DNA from: Candidatus Kaiserbacteria bacterium
Lineage (GTDB): Bacteria > Patescibacteriota > Minisyncoccia > Phycocordibacterales > Phycocordibacteraceae
DNA: 59,707 nt
Assembly (NCBI GenBank): GCA_029288835.1
Contig: JARIGN010000013.1
Location: 1-59,707, forward strand
Reading direction: 5' to 3'
In this document: positions 1 through 9,869 of the stretch, piece after piece
Numbering within the stretch: the first letter of the stretch is position 1
How the letters are laid out: each line of letters begins with the position of its first letter
Notes under the pieces: model-generated
Database searches by the model: none
Told to the model about the DNA's origin: nothing
The model's input: the letters and a program-made list of their open reading frames with translations, nothing else
Translations under genes and position numbers: made by a program

Positions 1-114
1 GGCCAAAGGCCTGCGGTTCACTTTTTATATACTGGACAATACCCTTCCCCCATATCCTAATTTTTAGCTGCTCGGGGAAGTGCAAAATAAAAGATAAAAA
101 TAGGGAAAAGTATT

Positions 115-279
115 ATGGAAGATGTATGTAAAAAGCCACAGGCTTTTATAAAGCATCATGCAGGGAAGTGGGGCGTTCTTAAAAGCCCAAATGCCAGGGA
201 TTGGTTAAATGTGTATTTACGGCTTGTATATAAGGCTAGTCGCAAAAGATACATTGTGCGACGCCCTTATGTTTCCTAG
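115..279 (+). CDS. possible small basic protein, 54 aa (hypothetical)
   Basis: Hand-translated (below ORF-track cutoff): ATG 115, TAG 277-279, MEDVCKKPQAFIKHHAGKWGVLKSPNARDWLNVYLRLVYKASRKRYIVRRPYVS; purine-rich GGGAAAAG upstream; no recognisable motif. Confidence 0.2.
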   Translation: MEDVCKKPQAFIKHHAGKWGVLKSPNARDWLNVYLRLVYKASRKRYIVRRPYVS

Positions 280-323
280 GCTACATTCCCTAACCCATAG
301 ATACCCCTTAAAAAGCTATCCGA

Positions 324-1154
324 TTAACTCTTCCCTTTGACGGTCTTGAGAATGTAGTCGTAGGCTTCGTCGACTGAATCAACTATATGGAAAAGATGGA
401 GGTCAGATTCGTCGATGGTGTGGTACTTTTCGTACAGATGATTTTGGAAGAGGTCGAAGATTGGCTGCCAGTAGTCTTTGCCATAAAGAAGAATTGGCAC
501 TGGCTTGATGGCGCGCGTTTGGACCAGGGTAAGGATTTCAGTGAACTCATCAAGCGTGCCGTAGCCACCTGGGAAATACACATATACCTCTGAGGCGAAG
601 GTCAACATTACTTTACGCACAAAGAAGTGGTCGAACATCATGCTGTCGGTCACGTACTGGTTGGTGGGCTGGTGATCATGGAGCTTGATGTTGAGACCGA
701 CGGAGGCACCGCCAGCTTCATACGCGCCTTTATTGCCAGCTTCCATGATGCCGGCGCTGCCGCCGGTAATGATCGCAAAGCCTGCTTTAGCAAGCCGGTT
801 GCCCAGCTCAGTTGCATCACTATAAATTTTTTCGTCAAGGGTTGTGCGAACGGAGCCAAAGAACGTTGCAGCGAGCTGGTACTTACGGATGAGGTCAAAG
901 CCTTCCACAAACTCAGACATGATCTTAAAGACTCTCCAGGACTCAAGCTGGCTTGGCTTAGTGACCAGGGGATCTGGCTGGACGGGGACCTGGTGCTTCC
1001 CTTCTTCGATGGCACCCGTGAGCATGTGGCCCATCGCTGCATGGCGCTCATGCGCTGGCACGTCGTCTTCGTGGGCGGTGTGCGGCGAAGGAAGCGCTGC
1101 TCCTGAGGCAGAGTCAACGATAGGTTCATCTACGCTTAGGGGATTGTCATGCAT
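324..1154 (-). CDS. LOG family / TIGR00730-type Rossmann protein (cytokinin riboside 5'-monophosphate phosphoribohydrolase-like)
   Basis: 276-aa ORF with ITGGSAGIMEAGN and FPGGYGTLDEFTE motifs typical of LOG proteins; about 75-aa N-terminal extension. Confidence 0.85.
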   Translation of the reverse strand: MHDNPLSVDEPIVDSASGAALPSPHTAHEDDVPAHERHAAMGHMLTGAIEEGKHQVPVQPDPLVTKPSQLESWRVFKIMSEFVEGFDLIRKYQLAATFFGSVRTTLDEKIYSDATELGNRLAKAGFAIITGGSAGIMEAGNKGAYEAGGASVGLNIKLHDHQPTNQYVTDSMMFDHFFVRKVMLTFASEVYVYFPGGYGTLDEFTEILTLVQTRAIKPVPILLYGKDYWQPIFDLFQNHLYEKYHTIDESDLHLFHIVDSVDEAYDYILKTVKGKS

Positions 1155-1188
1155 GGCAAAGGTTCAAAATAGTATACCTACTTCCCTC

Positions 1189-1845
1189 CTACTTCCCTGT
1201 TTTCTCAGCTTCAGTTTGAAGCCAGGGAATTTCATACGAAAGGTACTCGGGTAACATTTTTTTATTATACGCTATGCGTGAGAGGATTTCGGCATGAGCA
1301 AAGGCACCCGTGAGTGCATTGTGCGGTTTTTGCTCGGGCGGCAGACCGCAGTATGCGAGAGCCGCCGTGAGATTTATCCCGGAGTGGTTATGCGAGACGG
1401 GTGGTTCGATGCCGCGCTCCACCATGTGAAGCCATACAAGTGAGTGAGTATCGAGGGTACGATGCGCAAATGGAAATTCTATCTTTGCCCTTCGGCACGC
1501 CGCCTGCGCAAAGTCCTTATCAAAGGCAGAATTCTGGCTTACAAGCGTCGTGTTGCGGCTGCGAGGCACGCCATTATTAGCACCACCAGAAGCAGGCTTT
1601 TCAGCAAGCGCCCATGCCACGAAGGTAGCTATGAGTTCTGCTTCGGTTTTCTTGCTGGGATCTGTTGCTTCCTCGCGCGTGAAGCCATTTACCGCGAGCG
1701 CCTCGTCACTAATATGGGCGCCGTCCCACGCACGGCACTCGTCATAGAACTGGTCGGTAGGGTCTTCAGTATCGAGAGCGCCCAAGGAAAGAATTGAGGC
1801 ACGCTCAGGGTCAACGCCGCTCGTTTCAATATCTAGTGCAATCAT
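1189..1845 (-). CDS. DEDDh-type 3'-5' exonuclease (DnaQ-like)
   Basis: MIALDIETSG (Exo I), NSAFDKDF (Exo II), HNALTGAFAHAE (Exo III-like) motifs. Confidence 0.75.
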   Translation of the reverse strand: MIALDIETSGVDPERASILSLGALDTEDPTDQFYDECRAWDGAHISDEALAVNGFTREEATDPSKKTEAELIATFVAWALAEKPASGGANNGVPRSRNTTLVSQNSAFDKDFAQAACRRAKIEFPFAHRTLDTHSLVWLHMVERGIEPPVSHNHSGINLTAALAYCGLPPEQKPHNALTGAFAHAEILSRIAYNKKMLPEYLSYEIPWLQTEAEKTGK

Positions 1846-1872
1846 AGTTCTCCAGCAATGAGATTATTATGA

Positions 1873-2385
1873 CTACTCATTTCCCGCGCACGTAGGGTCA
1901 GCCGTGTAGCCTGCAGACTTAGCTGCTGATGCGGAAGCAAACCAGGCTTCATTAGACTGGCCGATAGCGGAGACCTGTGGCTGGCACCACGGGAGTTCAT
2001 ACTCATGAGTTGCCTTATTCCCCACTACCTCACCGCCACTGGGAATGGCGTTATTTTGCTCTCCAGTATTAGATACTTGCGCAGCATTGAGCGTAGCAGA
2101 GCTAGGATGCTCGAGCGGTACGGAGCTAATAATAAGCCCTCCTGAGCCTGCAGATTTCTCGCTAAGACCCTCTATAATGCCAAAACCGAGGCTCGCCACT
2201 GCCACTAGCACGACAATCGTACCCAGCAAATATACCCTTTCGTTTTTACCTTTTTTGATGCCATTTTTAGCCCTACCCTCCCCCTCTCTGCCCTTTTTAA
2301 TACTCTCCTGGGACATGCCTTCTAACTGCATTTCAGCCTCCATATCCTCAGGGTTGCCCCGCTCAAAGAAATTTGTTATACTCAT
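1873..2385 (-). CDS. membrane-anchored protein with C-terminal sunset/Ada-Zn-like motif
   Basis: Start moved to internal ATG (2383-2385) so it no longer overlaps rpmA; one TM helix (VYLLGTIVVLVAVASLGFGII); C-terminus HEYELPWC...NEAWFASASAAKSAGYTADPTC follows the YHxPxC...F.S...A...GY...C pattern. Confidence 0.5.
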   Translation of the reverse strand: MSITNFFERGNPEDMEAEMQLEGMSQESIKKGREGEGRAKNGIKKGKNERVYLLGTIVVLVAVASLGFGIIEGLSEKSAGSGGLIISSVPLEHPSSATLNAAQVSNTGEQNNAIPSGGEVVGNKATHEYELPWCQPQVSAIGQSNEAWFASASAAKSAGYTADPTCAGNE

Positions 2386-2404
2386 GGTACAAACAGTATA
2401 GCGT

Positions 2405-2683
2405 ATGGCACATACAAAAGCAGGTGGATCAGCAAGAAACCTTAATACTTCAAACCCGAAATACCTCGGGGTTAAGCTTTCTGATGGCCAAAAAGCAGCT
2501 CCAGGCATGGTTATTGTCCGCCAGCGCGGCACCAAGATCGATGCAGGTCAGAATGTGAAGGTGGGCAAGGACCACACTCTTTTTGCTATGGTAAACGGCG
2601 TCGTCTCCTTCCGTGAGTACCGCAAGACCAACTTTGACGGCATCTCCCGCCGCAAGAAAATCGTTGACGTGCTTCCTGCGTAA
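2405..2683 (+). CDS. rpmA: 50S ribosomal protein L27
   Basis: [12 protein letters not shown]...VRQRGTK...GKDHTLFA canonical L27 sequence. Confidence 0.95.
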   Translation: MAHTKAGGSARNLNTSNPKYLGVKLSDGQKAAPGMVIVRQRGTKIDAGQNVKVGKDHTLFAMVNGVVSFREYRKTNFDGISRRKKIVDVLPA

Positions 2684-2747
2684 GCAAACTTAGTAATTAA
2701 GAATAAGTGCGTTACAGTGCTCTCGAACAGTACAAGGAGTGTGCCTC

Positions 2748-3059
2748 ATGGCATACATACTAGGCTCTTTGGATCATCTGGTGCTCACTGCCATATCTAC
2801 AGAGAAAGAGGTCTCGACTCAAGAGATTATTGAATTTTGTAAGGTGATTACTAAGCGTGACTCTCACAGCTTAAATATAAGCAGCACGCTAAATCGCCAA
2901 ATTCAAAAAGGCACAATACTGAATTCCCAAAGAAGGAAATTTATTCGAAACGGAACAGAGCATTGGGTTGAATACTATACGCTAACTGAGAATGGCAAAG
3001 AGAAGCTAAGAGAAGCAATTGAGTTTTACGCCAAACTGCGGTCCCTATCACGTGTATAG
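2748..3059 (+). CDS. PadR-like winged-helix transcriptional regulator
   Basis: AAGGAG (2734-2739) 8 nt before ATG 2748; LGSLDHLVLTAI...STQEII...YYTLTENGKEKL resembles PadR family layout; locally AT-rich. Confidence 0.5.
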   Translation: MAYILGSLDHLVLTAISTEKEVSTQEIIEFCKVITKRDSHSLNISSTLNRQIQKGTILNSQRRKFIRNGTEHWVEYYTLTENGKEKLREAIEFYAKLRSLSRV

Positions 3060-3086
3060 GTTCCGCAGTTTTCTTTTATTCCCCTA

Positions 3087-3512
3087 CTATTCCGCTACAA
3101 TGCGCACCTTAATAGACCCAAAATCCTTGCCGTGTGAGACCGGCACCTCAAACTCCCCTACCTCCTTAATTGGTTTTTCGAGCTTGATAGCTTCCACCGG
3201 AAGCTGCGCTGCTGCAGCAATTTCCTCTGCGTCGACCGCATCATAGAGATGGTTCTTTTCGTTTGCCTTACGCGCTATTTCAACCGGAGACTCAGCAAGT
3301 ACCTGCATGCGTTCTGCAATGAGTTCCTCGCTTACCGCCTTCTGCTGGTCTACGCTTTTCTTTTTAAGCTCTGCTTGCTTCAGGTTTGCTGCGGTAGCAG
3401 GTACCCCTAGCTTTTGCGGAATAATAAAGTTAACCGCGTGCCCGTCTGACACTTCGATAACTGACCCTGCCTTGCCCATATTGCGCACGTCTTTAAGTAG
3501 TACCACTTTCAT
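3087..3512 (-). CDS. rplI: 50S ribosomal protein L9
   Basis: MKVVLLKDVRNMGKAGSVIEVSDGHAVNFIIPQKLG canonical L9 N-terminus. Confidence 0.92.
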   Translation of the reverse strand: MKVVLLKDVRNMGKAGSVIEVSDGHAVNFIIPQKLGVPATAANLKQAELKKKSVDQQKAVSEELIAERMQVLAESPVEIARKANEKNHLYDAVDAEEIAAAAQLPVEAIKLEKPIKEVGEFEVPVSHGKDFGSIKVRIVAE

Positions 3513-3569
3513 AGTTCCCCTATCGTACCCTAGCTTTTGTGATAGAGCAAATTGCTGAGCTTTGGGTCC

Positions 3570-4925
3570 CTATTTGCCGGTGGTGAGGAACTGCACTGCG
3601 CGATCAAGCTGAGGATCAGCCTGTGGTGTCGTAGTTGCTGGGGTAAGGACCGTCGCAGGTGAACTGCTCGATTCTACATCTATGTCAGGCGTAATGCCGT
3701 TGCCCATGATGGAGACACCTGCAGGAGTGAGCCAGCGGGCTACGGTCACTTTAAGGGAGCCGCCATCTATATTGATGAGCTGTTGTACCGAACCTTTTCC
3801 AAAGGAGCGTGTGCCGATGATGGTTGCGACGTGGTTATCCTTAAGGGCACCTGCCGTAATTTCAGAAGCCGAAGCCGAGCCCTGGTTCATAAGCACCACG
3901 ATCTTAGTGCCTGGAGGCACATCATCGGTTCCTGTACTCGTGAGCACGTCGTTTGGCTGGTGGCCTTTATAGTCTTCCGTAACGATCACCTTTCCTTTCG
4001 GCAAGAAGTGGCTCGCAATGGAGACCGCGCTATCGAGGTATCCTCCAGGGTTATCGCGCAGGTCGATGATGAGCAAATGGGAGCCAGAAGCCTTAAAGGC
4101 GGTAAAGGCTTGATTGAAGAGATCTGCGGAATTTGTCGTGAACTCATAGAGCGAGATGCGATAGACACCCGTCGCCTTATCGAGCTTGTAGTCAATTTCC
4201 GGTACCTGGATAGTTTCGCGAGTAACGCTCACTTTAATAGGCTTTCCACCACGAATGATCGTGATAGTGACCTTCGTTCCAATAGGACCGCGAATAAGGT
4301 TCACTGCCTGGTCAGAACTCATGCCTTGAGTGCTCGTTGCATTAATGGCGGCAATAATATCGTTTGGTTCAAACCCTGCAGCAGCAGCCGGTGTTCCCTT
4401 AAGCGGTGCTATCACGACAAGCTCACCCTTTGCATTTTGGTCGATCTCAAGACCAATGCCACCAAAGCTTCCTGATATGTCATCCTGGAATTCTTTTGCC
4501 TGAGTTGGTGGGAAGAAGACGGTGTATGGGTCGCCATAGGAAGCGGTGAGTCCTTCAATAGCGCCCCAGACTTTGTCCTGTGTGGTTGGCATCGTGCTTG
4601 AGGCATGCGTGATGACATACTGTGTGTTCAAAATATTCCAGACCTTCCAGAAATCGGTGAGGTTTGCCGAAGAATCGGGCGTAGCATTGAGGCCGTCGCC
4701 GAGAAGCGGGACGTTTGAAAGAGCTGCTTCACCCAAAGGAGAATGAACGCCGTACCCGAGCCCCAAGCCTATGATAAGAACGAGGAGGAGTGTTCCCCAT
4801 TTTTTGAGAAATGAATGCATGCCACCACTGGGCGAATGAGGAGCTCCAGCGTCTTCCTCGTGCTCATTTCTTTTTCCTAATCCTTCCCACCCATTCACCT
4901 CATCAAGATCTGGTTCCTCGTGCAT
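3570..4925 (-). CDS. ctpA: S41 family carboxy-terminal processing peptidase
   Basis: N-terminal TM, PDZ-like GGIGLEI segment, catalytic region NQGSASASEI and SFGKGSVQ. Confidence 0.9.
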   Translation of the reverse strand: MHEEPDLDEVNGWEGLGKRNEHEEDAGAPHSPSGGMHSFLKKWGTLLLVLIIGLGLGYGVHSPLGEAALSNVPLLGDGLNATPDSSANLTDFWKVWNILNTQYVITHASSTMPTTQDKVWGAIEGLTASYGDPYTVFFPPTQAKEFQDDISGSFGGIGLEIDQNAKGELVVIAPLKGTPAAAAGFEPNDIIAAINATSTQGMSSDQAVNLIRGPIGTKVTITIIRGGKPIKVSVTRETIQVPEIDYKLDKATGVYRISLYEFTTNSADLFNQAFTAFKASGSHLLIIDLRDNPGGYLDSAVSIASHFLPKGKVIVTEDYKGHQPNDVLTSTGTDDVPPGTKIVVLMNQGSASASEITAGALKDNHVATIIGTRSFGKGSVQQLINIDGGSLKVTVARWLTPAGVSIMGNGITPDIDVESSSSPATVLTPATTTPQADPQLDRAVQFLTTGK

Positions 4926-4944
4926 ATGTTTTCAAAAGTATAGC

Positions 4945-6534
4945 ATGCGATACTATAGGGACATGTGGCCATTTAAGAAACGCTCGCCGGCAAATGCACC
5001 AGGTACCCTTCCGCACACCTCACCTGGCACTTCCCTCTCCTCCCCTTCTTCATCGTTGTCATTACCTCTCTTTTTTACGAACACCCTTTCCGGCAGAAAG
5101 GAGCAGTTTGCTTCGCTTAAGCCTGGTATCGCGACAATGTACTCCTGCGGATTTACAGTGTATAGCCAAGCGCATATTGGAAACATTCGCCCCTATATCT
5201 TTTCGGACCTTATTGCCCGCACGCTCGAAGCAGACGGGTACCATGTGAGGCGCGTCATAAACATCACGGATGTAGGGCATCTCGTGAGTGACGCAGACGA
5301 GGGTGAGGACAAAATGGAAATGGGCGCAAAGCGCGAAGGTACGACCGCGGAAGAAATAGCGAGCCGCTATACAAACCTTTTCCTCCAAGACTTGAAGCAG
5401 ATGAACATGAATCTCGACGAGATTCTTTTTCCCCGTGCGACGCACTATATTCAGGAACAAATCGCGATGGCAAAGACGCTCGAGCAGAAAGGCTACACCT
5501 ATCGCACTAGCGACGGTATTTATTTTGATACCAGCAAGTTCCCCGACTATGGCAAGCTTGGCGGCATTTCAGATGAAGCCCTAAAGCAGGGCTCGGCCGA
5601 AACAATTCACGACCAAATTGCGCTTGCAGGCCGCACGCGCCTCAAGGAGCACACCAGCGAGAAGCGAAATCCTGCGGATTTCGCTCTGTGGAAATTCTCT
5701 CCACGCACCACAAAACGCCAACAGGAATGGAGCTCGCCCTGGGGTCTCGGCTTTCCGGGTTGGCATCTTGAGTGTTCTGCGATGGTGCGAGCGCTCCTTG
5801 GCGACACCATAGACATCCACACTGGCGGCATCGACCACATTCCGGTCCACCATAACAACGAGATTGCACAGTCTGAAGGTGTGCTTGGTCATCCTTTCGT
5901 CCACTATTGGATGCACTGCGCCTTTCTCACTATAGATGGCCAAAAGATTTCTAAATCTATCGGCAATACTATTTACCTTTCCGATATCACCGAGCGTGGA
6001 TATCACCCCCTCGCGCTGCGCTATTTCTTCCTGCAGGCACACTACTCCTCTTCCCTTTCTTTCACCTGGGAGGCGTTCGCGGGTGCGAGCGAAGCACTCC
6101 AGCGCCTTTGGAGACTTGCAGCAAACGTGCAGCATGAGTCAAAGGGCGAAGCTAAGCAGAGTGGAAAGATTCTTGAATGCCAAAAGAAGTTTATTCGTCT
6201 GATGCATGACGACCTTGCGACACCGCAAGGCGTCGCCTATCTTTGGGAAATACTTCGCGATGAGGATCTTTCGCCAAAAGAAAAGAATGCCTTTCTCCAG
6301 ACTGCTGAAGCGCACCTTGGACTTTCTCTTCTCGCCCCACCCGAGTCTGCACGAAAGCGAAAGCCGGAAGAATTGCCGGACGATATCCAAGACCTCGTGC
6401 GAGACCGTGAGAAAGCGCGCCGTGTCCAGGACTATGCAAAATCTGATACGCTCCGCGAGAAGCTCAAAAACCGTGGATATCTTGTGGAAGACTCCCCTAC
6501 CGGCCCCCTTTTGACGCTTATTTCCAAGAACTAG
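4945..6534 (+). CDS. cysS: cysteine--tRNA ligase
   Basis: HIGN (HIGH) and KISKS (KMSKS) motifs, CysRS-like core. Start uncertain: ATG 4945/4963 gives an S/P-rich extension; TTG at 5056 would give the canonical M-LPLFFTNTLSGRKEQF N-terminus. Confidence 0.92.
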   Translation: MRYYRDMWPFKKRSPANAPGTLPHTSPGTSLSSPSSSLSLPLFFTNTLSGRKEQFASLKPGIATMYSCGFTVYSQAHIGNIRPYIFSDLIARTLEADGYHVRRVINITDVGHLVSDADEGEDKMEMGAKREGTTAEEIASRYTNLFLQDLKQMNMNLDEILFPRATHYIQEQIAMAKTLEQKGYTYRTSDGIYFDTSKFPDYGKLGGISDEALKQGSAETIHDQIALAGRTRLKEHTSEKRNPADFALWKFSPRTTKRQQEWSSPWGLGFPGWHLECSAMVRALLGDTIDIHTGGIDHIPVHHNNEIAQSEGVLGHPFVHYWMHCAFLTIDGQKISKSIGNTIYLSDITERGYHPLALRYFFLQAHYSSSLSFTWEAFAGASEALQRLWRLAANVQHESKGEAKQSGKILECQKKFIRLMHDDLATPQGVAYLWEILRDEDLSPKEKNAFLQTAEAHLGLSLLAPPESARKRKPEELPDDIQDLVRDREKARRVQDYAKSDTLREKLKNRGYLVEDSPTGPLLTLISKN

Positions 6535-6587
6535 CACAAGCCTTCGTCAAGCTCCGCAAAAGTGCGCTGGCTGGTATACTTGAGTGA

Positions 6588-7946
6588 ATGGCAGATTCCT
6601 TTACCCGTGTGCCACCGCAAAGTCTCGAGTCAGAGCGAGGTCTGCTTGGCGCACTACTTCTAAAGCCTGAGGCTATTCACGACGTAGGCGATATTATTCG
6701 TCCCGATTCTTTTTATGCGGAAAAGCACCGCCTTATTTATGAAGGCATGCGTGAGCTTGTGGAGCGTGCCGAGCCGATCGACCTTCTTTCGCTGAGCGAG
6801 CACCTCTCCGGAAAAAGCCAGCTTGAGCGCATTGGAGGCCGGGCCTATATTGCGGAGCTCGTGAATAGCGCCCCTTCTCCCGGAAACTATCAGCACTATG
6901 CCGAGCTCGTGGCGCGCAAGCACTTGATGCGCTCGCTCATTGACACAGCCTATGAAATAACCGAGGCTGCCTATGACGAAAGCCGCGACACCACCGAGGT
7001 GCTCGACACGGCTGAAAAATCTATCTATGCGGTGAGCAACGCGTACGGCACCCACAAGTTCATCCCTATTTCTGAAAAGCTTGAGGCTGCGTGGGAGCGC
7101 ATGGAATCGAAGGGTAATGATAAAGAGATTCGCGGTACGCCGACTGGCTTTTCAGAGCTCGATGGCCTCCTTTCCGGTTTTCATTCATCAGACCTCATTA
7201 TTCTTGCCGCACGCCCTTCCGTGGGAAAGACGTCTTTTGCACTCGATATCGCGCGAAACGCGGCAGTGCGTCATAACGTGCCTGTCGGTATCTTTTCCCT
7301 TGAAATGAGCTCTGAGCAGATTATTGACCGCATGATCTCAGCAGAGTCCTATGTTAACTCCTGGAAGATCCGCACCAATACCGTGAGCGCACAGGAAGAT
7401 TTTGACCGTATCCGTGATGCCATTGAAAACCTTTCGAAAGCCCCTATTTATATTGATGACCATCCAGGAAATAATATCCTTGCGATGCGTGCGGTGGCGC
7501 GCCGATTGAAGCGTGAGCGTGGTATTGGTCTCATCATCGTGGACTATCTCCAGCTCATGGCGCCCACCAACACCAAAAACTCCGACTCCATGGTGCAGCA
7601 GGTTACGGAAATCTCTCGCTCGCTTAAGTCACTCGCGCGCGAGCTTGAGGTGCCGGTACTTGCCCTATCGCAGCTCTCCCGTGCCGTGGAGCAGCGCGGT
7701 GGCAAGCCACGCCTTTCTGACCTTCGTGATTCGGGATCGATCGAGCAGGATGCGGACGTGGTGATGTTCATCCATCGTGAGGATAAAAATAATCCTGACA
7801 GCGAACGCCAGAATATTGCGGAGATCCTCATTGAGAAGCACCGTAACGGACCAACGGGCCGTGTCGAGCTCATCTTTGACGACAAGCGTACTAGCTTCCT
7901 TTCAATGGATAAGTCTGGCTATGGAGAGCTCGCTGCAGAATTTTAG
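6588..7946 (+). CDS. dnaB: replicative DNA helicase DnaB
   Basis: PPQSLESERGLLGALL N-terminus, Walker A ARPSVGKTSF, Walker B IIVDYLQLM, SQLSRAVEQR. Confidence 0.95.
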   Translation: MADSFTRVPPQSLESERGLLGALLLKPEAIHDVGDIIRPDSFYAEKHRLIYEGMRELVERAEPIDLLSLSEHLSGKSQLERIGGRAYIAELVNSAPSPGNYQHYAELVARKHLMRSLIDTAYEITEAAYDESRDTTEVLDTAEKSIYAVSNAYGTHKFIPISEKLEAAWERMESKGNDKEIRGTPTGFSELDGLLSGFHSSDLIILAARPSVGKTSFALDIARNAAVRHNVPVGIFSLEMSSEQIIDRMISAESYVNSWKIRTNTVSAQEDFDRIRDAIENLSKAPIYIDDHPGNNILAMRAVARRLKRERGIGLIIVDYLQLMAPTNTKNSDSMVQQVTEISRSLKSLARELEVPVLALSQLSRAVEQRGGKPRLSDLRDSGSIEQDADVVMFIHREDKNNPDSERQNIAEILIEKHRNGPTGRVELIFDDKRTSFLSMDKSGYGELAAEF

Positions 7947-7962
7947 TTTTTAGATACCCTTT

Positions 7963-8595
7963 ATGAGAGACCGAGTTGAAGAACTATCACGTGCCTTTGA
8001 GCGCTTCCCAGGAATTGGACCTCGCCAGGCCCGCCGTTTTGTGTATCATTTACTCGCTGTTTCTGAAGGCGACCGATCTCGTCTTGCAGACCTGATTAAA
8101 AATATTGGCCTCGATGTGAAGCAGTGCATAGAATGCTTGCGCTTCTGGAGCGGTTCGGGAACCCTTTGCAACTACTGTGCTGATGCAAGCCGGGACGACA
8201 GTCTTCTCATGGTGGTGGAAAAGGACCAGGACCTGCTTGCCGTTGAGCGTGCCAATACCTACCGCGGTCGTTACTTTGTCCTTGGCGGTGTGCTCACCCT
8301 TTCCGGTAAAGGCCAGATACGTGAGAAGGAGCTCGTGGATAGGATTAACGCCCGCCTAAGGGAAAGGCTTCAGGATGGCTCCCCTACAAACGCGCCGCTT
8401 CGCGAAGTGGTGCTCGCGCTTTCCGCAACCAACGAAGGCGAGCACACCGCTGACCGCATCCGCGAAATCCTCACTCCGCTGCGCGAGCACCTCAAGCTCA
8501 CCATCCTTGGCCGAGGCCTTTCAACTGGTACTGAGCTAGAATACACTGACGCCGAGACGCTTTCAGGGGCATTGCAAAACAGGAAGGAAACGTAA
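7963..8595 (+). CDS. recR: recombination protein RecR
   Basis: FPGIGPRQARRFVYHLL HhH, C4 zinc finger CIECLRF...CNYC, Toprim VVEKDQDLLAVE. Confidence 0.95.
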   Translation: MRDRVEELSRAFERFPGIGPRQARRFVYHLLAVSEGDRSRLADLIKNIGLDVKQCIECLRFWSGSGTLCNYCADASRDDSLLMVVEKDQDLLAVERANTYRGRYFVLGGVLTLSGKGQIREKELVDRINARLRERLQDGSPTNAPLREVVLALSATNEGEHTADRIREILTPLREHLKLTILGRGLSTGTELEYTDAETLSGALQNRKET

Positions 8596-8630
8596 AGGCG
8601 ACCGAGTTGCTATTTCGGCCGCCTTATTTT
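8595..8630 (+). terminator. intrinsic terminator after recR
   Basis: AAGGCGACCGA / TCGGCCGCCTT stem (one mismatch) followed by ATTTT. Confidence 0.5.
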
Positions 8631-8642
8631 CTACACATTACG

Positions 8643-8879
8643 TTACCGCTCCCGTGCCTGATTTAAATCGACTTCAGGCAAAACCTCGAGAAAAATTGGA
8701 CACTCGTCGCACCAGGCCTGTGGCCCTTGAAATTCGTGTATTTCCCTTTCTCGTTTGTAAGGGCAATAAAAGCCATTGCATCGGGCAGCAAGAAACTCTT
8801 TTATGTACGTAACGCTTCCCATTTTGCTTCCCCAATTCTGAAAGACCTTTTTAGTTAGTATAACCATATGCCGTCCCAT
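8643..8879 (-). CDS. small Cys4 hypothetical protein
   Basis: 78-aa ORF with CNGFYC...CDEC spacing (possible zinc ribbon); start could be the ATG at 8867. Confidence 0.35.
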   Translation of the reverse strand: MGRHMVILTKKVFQNWGSKMGSVTYIKEFLAARCNGFYCPYKREREIHEFQGPQAWCDECPIFLEVLPEVDLNQARER

Positions 8880-8907
8880 TTGTCATTGTAAGAGCCGGGT
8901 AATTAGT

Positions 8908-8934
8908 AAAAAGAGCCGTTTTCGGCTCTTTTCT
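8908..8934. terminator. bidirectional intrinsic terminator (downstream of rplU)
   Basis: AAAAAGAGCCG-TTTT-CGGCTCTTTT hairpin flanked by A-run and T-run. Confidence 0.6.
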
Positions 8935-8949
8935 TTCTAGTTTATTTCT

Positions 8950-9279
8950 TTACGCAATCTCCTCAATCTTTACCTTTACGAATGGCTGGCGATGGCCACG
9001 GCGCTTCAAGTAGCGACTCTTTGCCTTATACTTAACGACTTCAACCTTCTTTGCGCGGCCAACGGTAGAGACCGTACCGGTTACGCTTGCCCCAGAGATG
9101 AAAGGAGCGCCAAGGGTAGCTGCCTTGCCATCGTCGGTCAAAAGGACCTCTGAAAAGGTTACGGCATCGCCCTTCTTTACATCCTCACCATTTGGGCTCT
9201 GGAACTTCTCAATAGTGACCAGATCCCCTGGCTTTACCACATATTGCTTCCCTCCGGCCTTTATCACTGCATAATTCAT
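8950..9279 (-). CDS. rplU: 50S ribosomal protein L21
   Basis: MNYAVIKAGGKQYVVKPGD...RRGHRQPFVKVKIEEI canonical L21; start set to ATG 9277-9279, the upstream 93 codons of the track ORF are not L21-like. Confidence 0.93.
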   Translation of the reverse strand: MNYAVIKAGGKQYVVKPGDLVTIEKFQSPNGEDVKKGDAVTFSEVLLTDDGKAATLGAPFISGASVTGTVSTVGRAKKVEVVKYKAKSRYLKRRGHRQPFVKVKIEEIA

Positions 9280-9308
9280 AGTGGGAATATAGTACCGTTT
9301 TGGCGGGT

Positions 9309-9339
9309 AAAAAGCAAGCCGGCGCGCAAGCGCGCCGGC
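9309..9339 (-). terminator. intrinsic terminator after 9368..9745 ORF
   Basis: GCCGGCGCGC/GCGCGCCGGC GC hairpin (9318-9339) followed on the minus strand by TTGCTTTTT. Confidence 0.6.
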
Positions 9340-9367
9340 TAAAGTCCAGTACTGGACGAAAACGGTC

Positions 9368-9745
9368 TCAGTCCCGGAAGAAAAGCTCTCCGTAGAGAGA
9401 GTCGTTCGGTTTGCGGAGGACTCCGCACAGAATCTCTGACGGCCCAGCGATAGCTTCCGCAGCCTGCTCATCGAGGAGAAGGACGCGACAGCAGTCTTTA
9501 AGCTCAGGCACCGATTCTGTAGGCTCGCGGATAGCGCTGAGTTCATCAAGGAACTCACTCAGCTCACCTGGCGTGGCAGTTTGTGCCACCACAAGGACGG
9601 TATCCCCTGCGCCGAGTGTCGGAGCCGCGCTTCTCGTAAGCCTGGCTTGATGCCAGATCTCATAGTCTTTTTGGCCACGAGTTCGAAAGTACTGTTCAAG
9701 TGTTTGTTCGCAGACAGCTCCAATGCATACACCATACGCACACAT
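9368..9745 (-). CDS. hypothetical protein, 125 aa
   Basis: Uninterrupted ORF with its own terminator; no motif recognised. Confidence 0.5.
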   Translation of the reverse strand: MCAYGVCIGAVCEQTLEQYFRTRGQKDYEIWHQARLTRSAAPTLGAGDTVLVVAQTATPGELSEFLDELSAIREPTESVPELKDCCRVLLLDEQAAEAIAGPSEILCGVLRKPNDSLYGELFFRD

Positions 9746-9869
9746 ATCCCACCTTTTTTCTCAGCCCGCTCTGGTGCGAACCTCCCTATTATCAATAGTA
9801 CGCCTAAAATTTAAATGAAGAGCTTATTCTGAGCCGGACGGTGCATAACGCTATAAGCGTCTGGTGCTG

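Noticed and set aside
1873-2535. Long N-terminal extensions of track ORFs (also 8950-9558, 9870-11051, 20191-20670, 23660-25543, 30476-31303, 31218-32366, 38486-38818, 52956-54164)
   Set aside because: The extensions overlap neighbouring genes or promoters and are not family-like. Internal ATGs give canonical N-termini, so the coordinates were trimmed.
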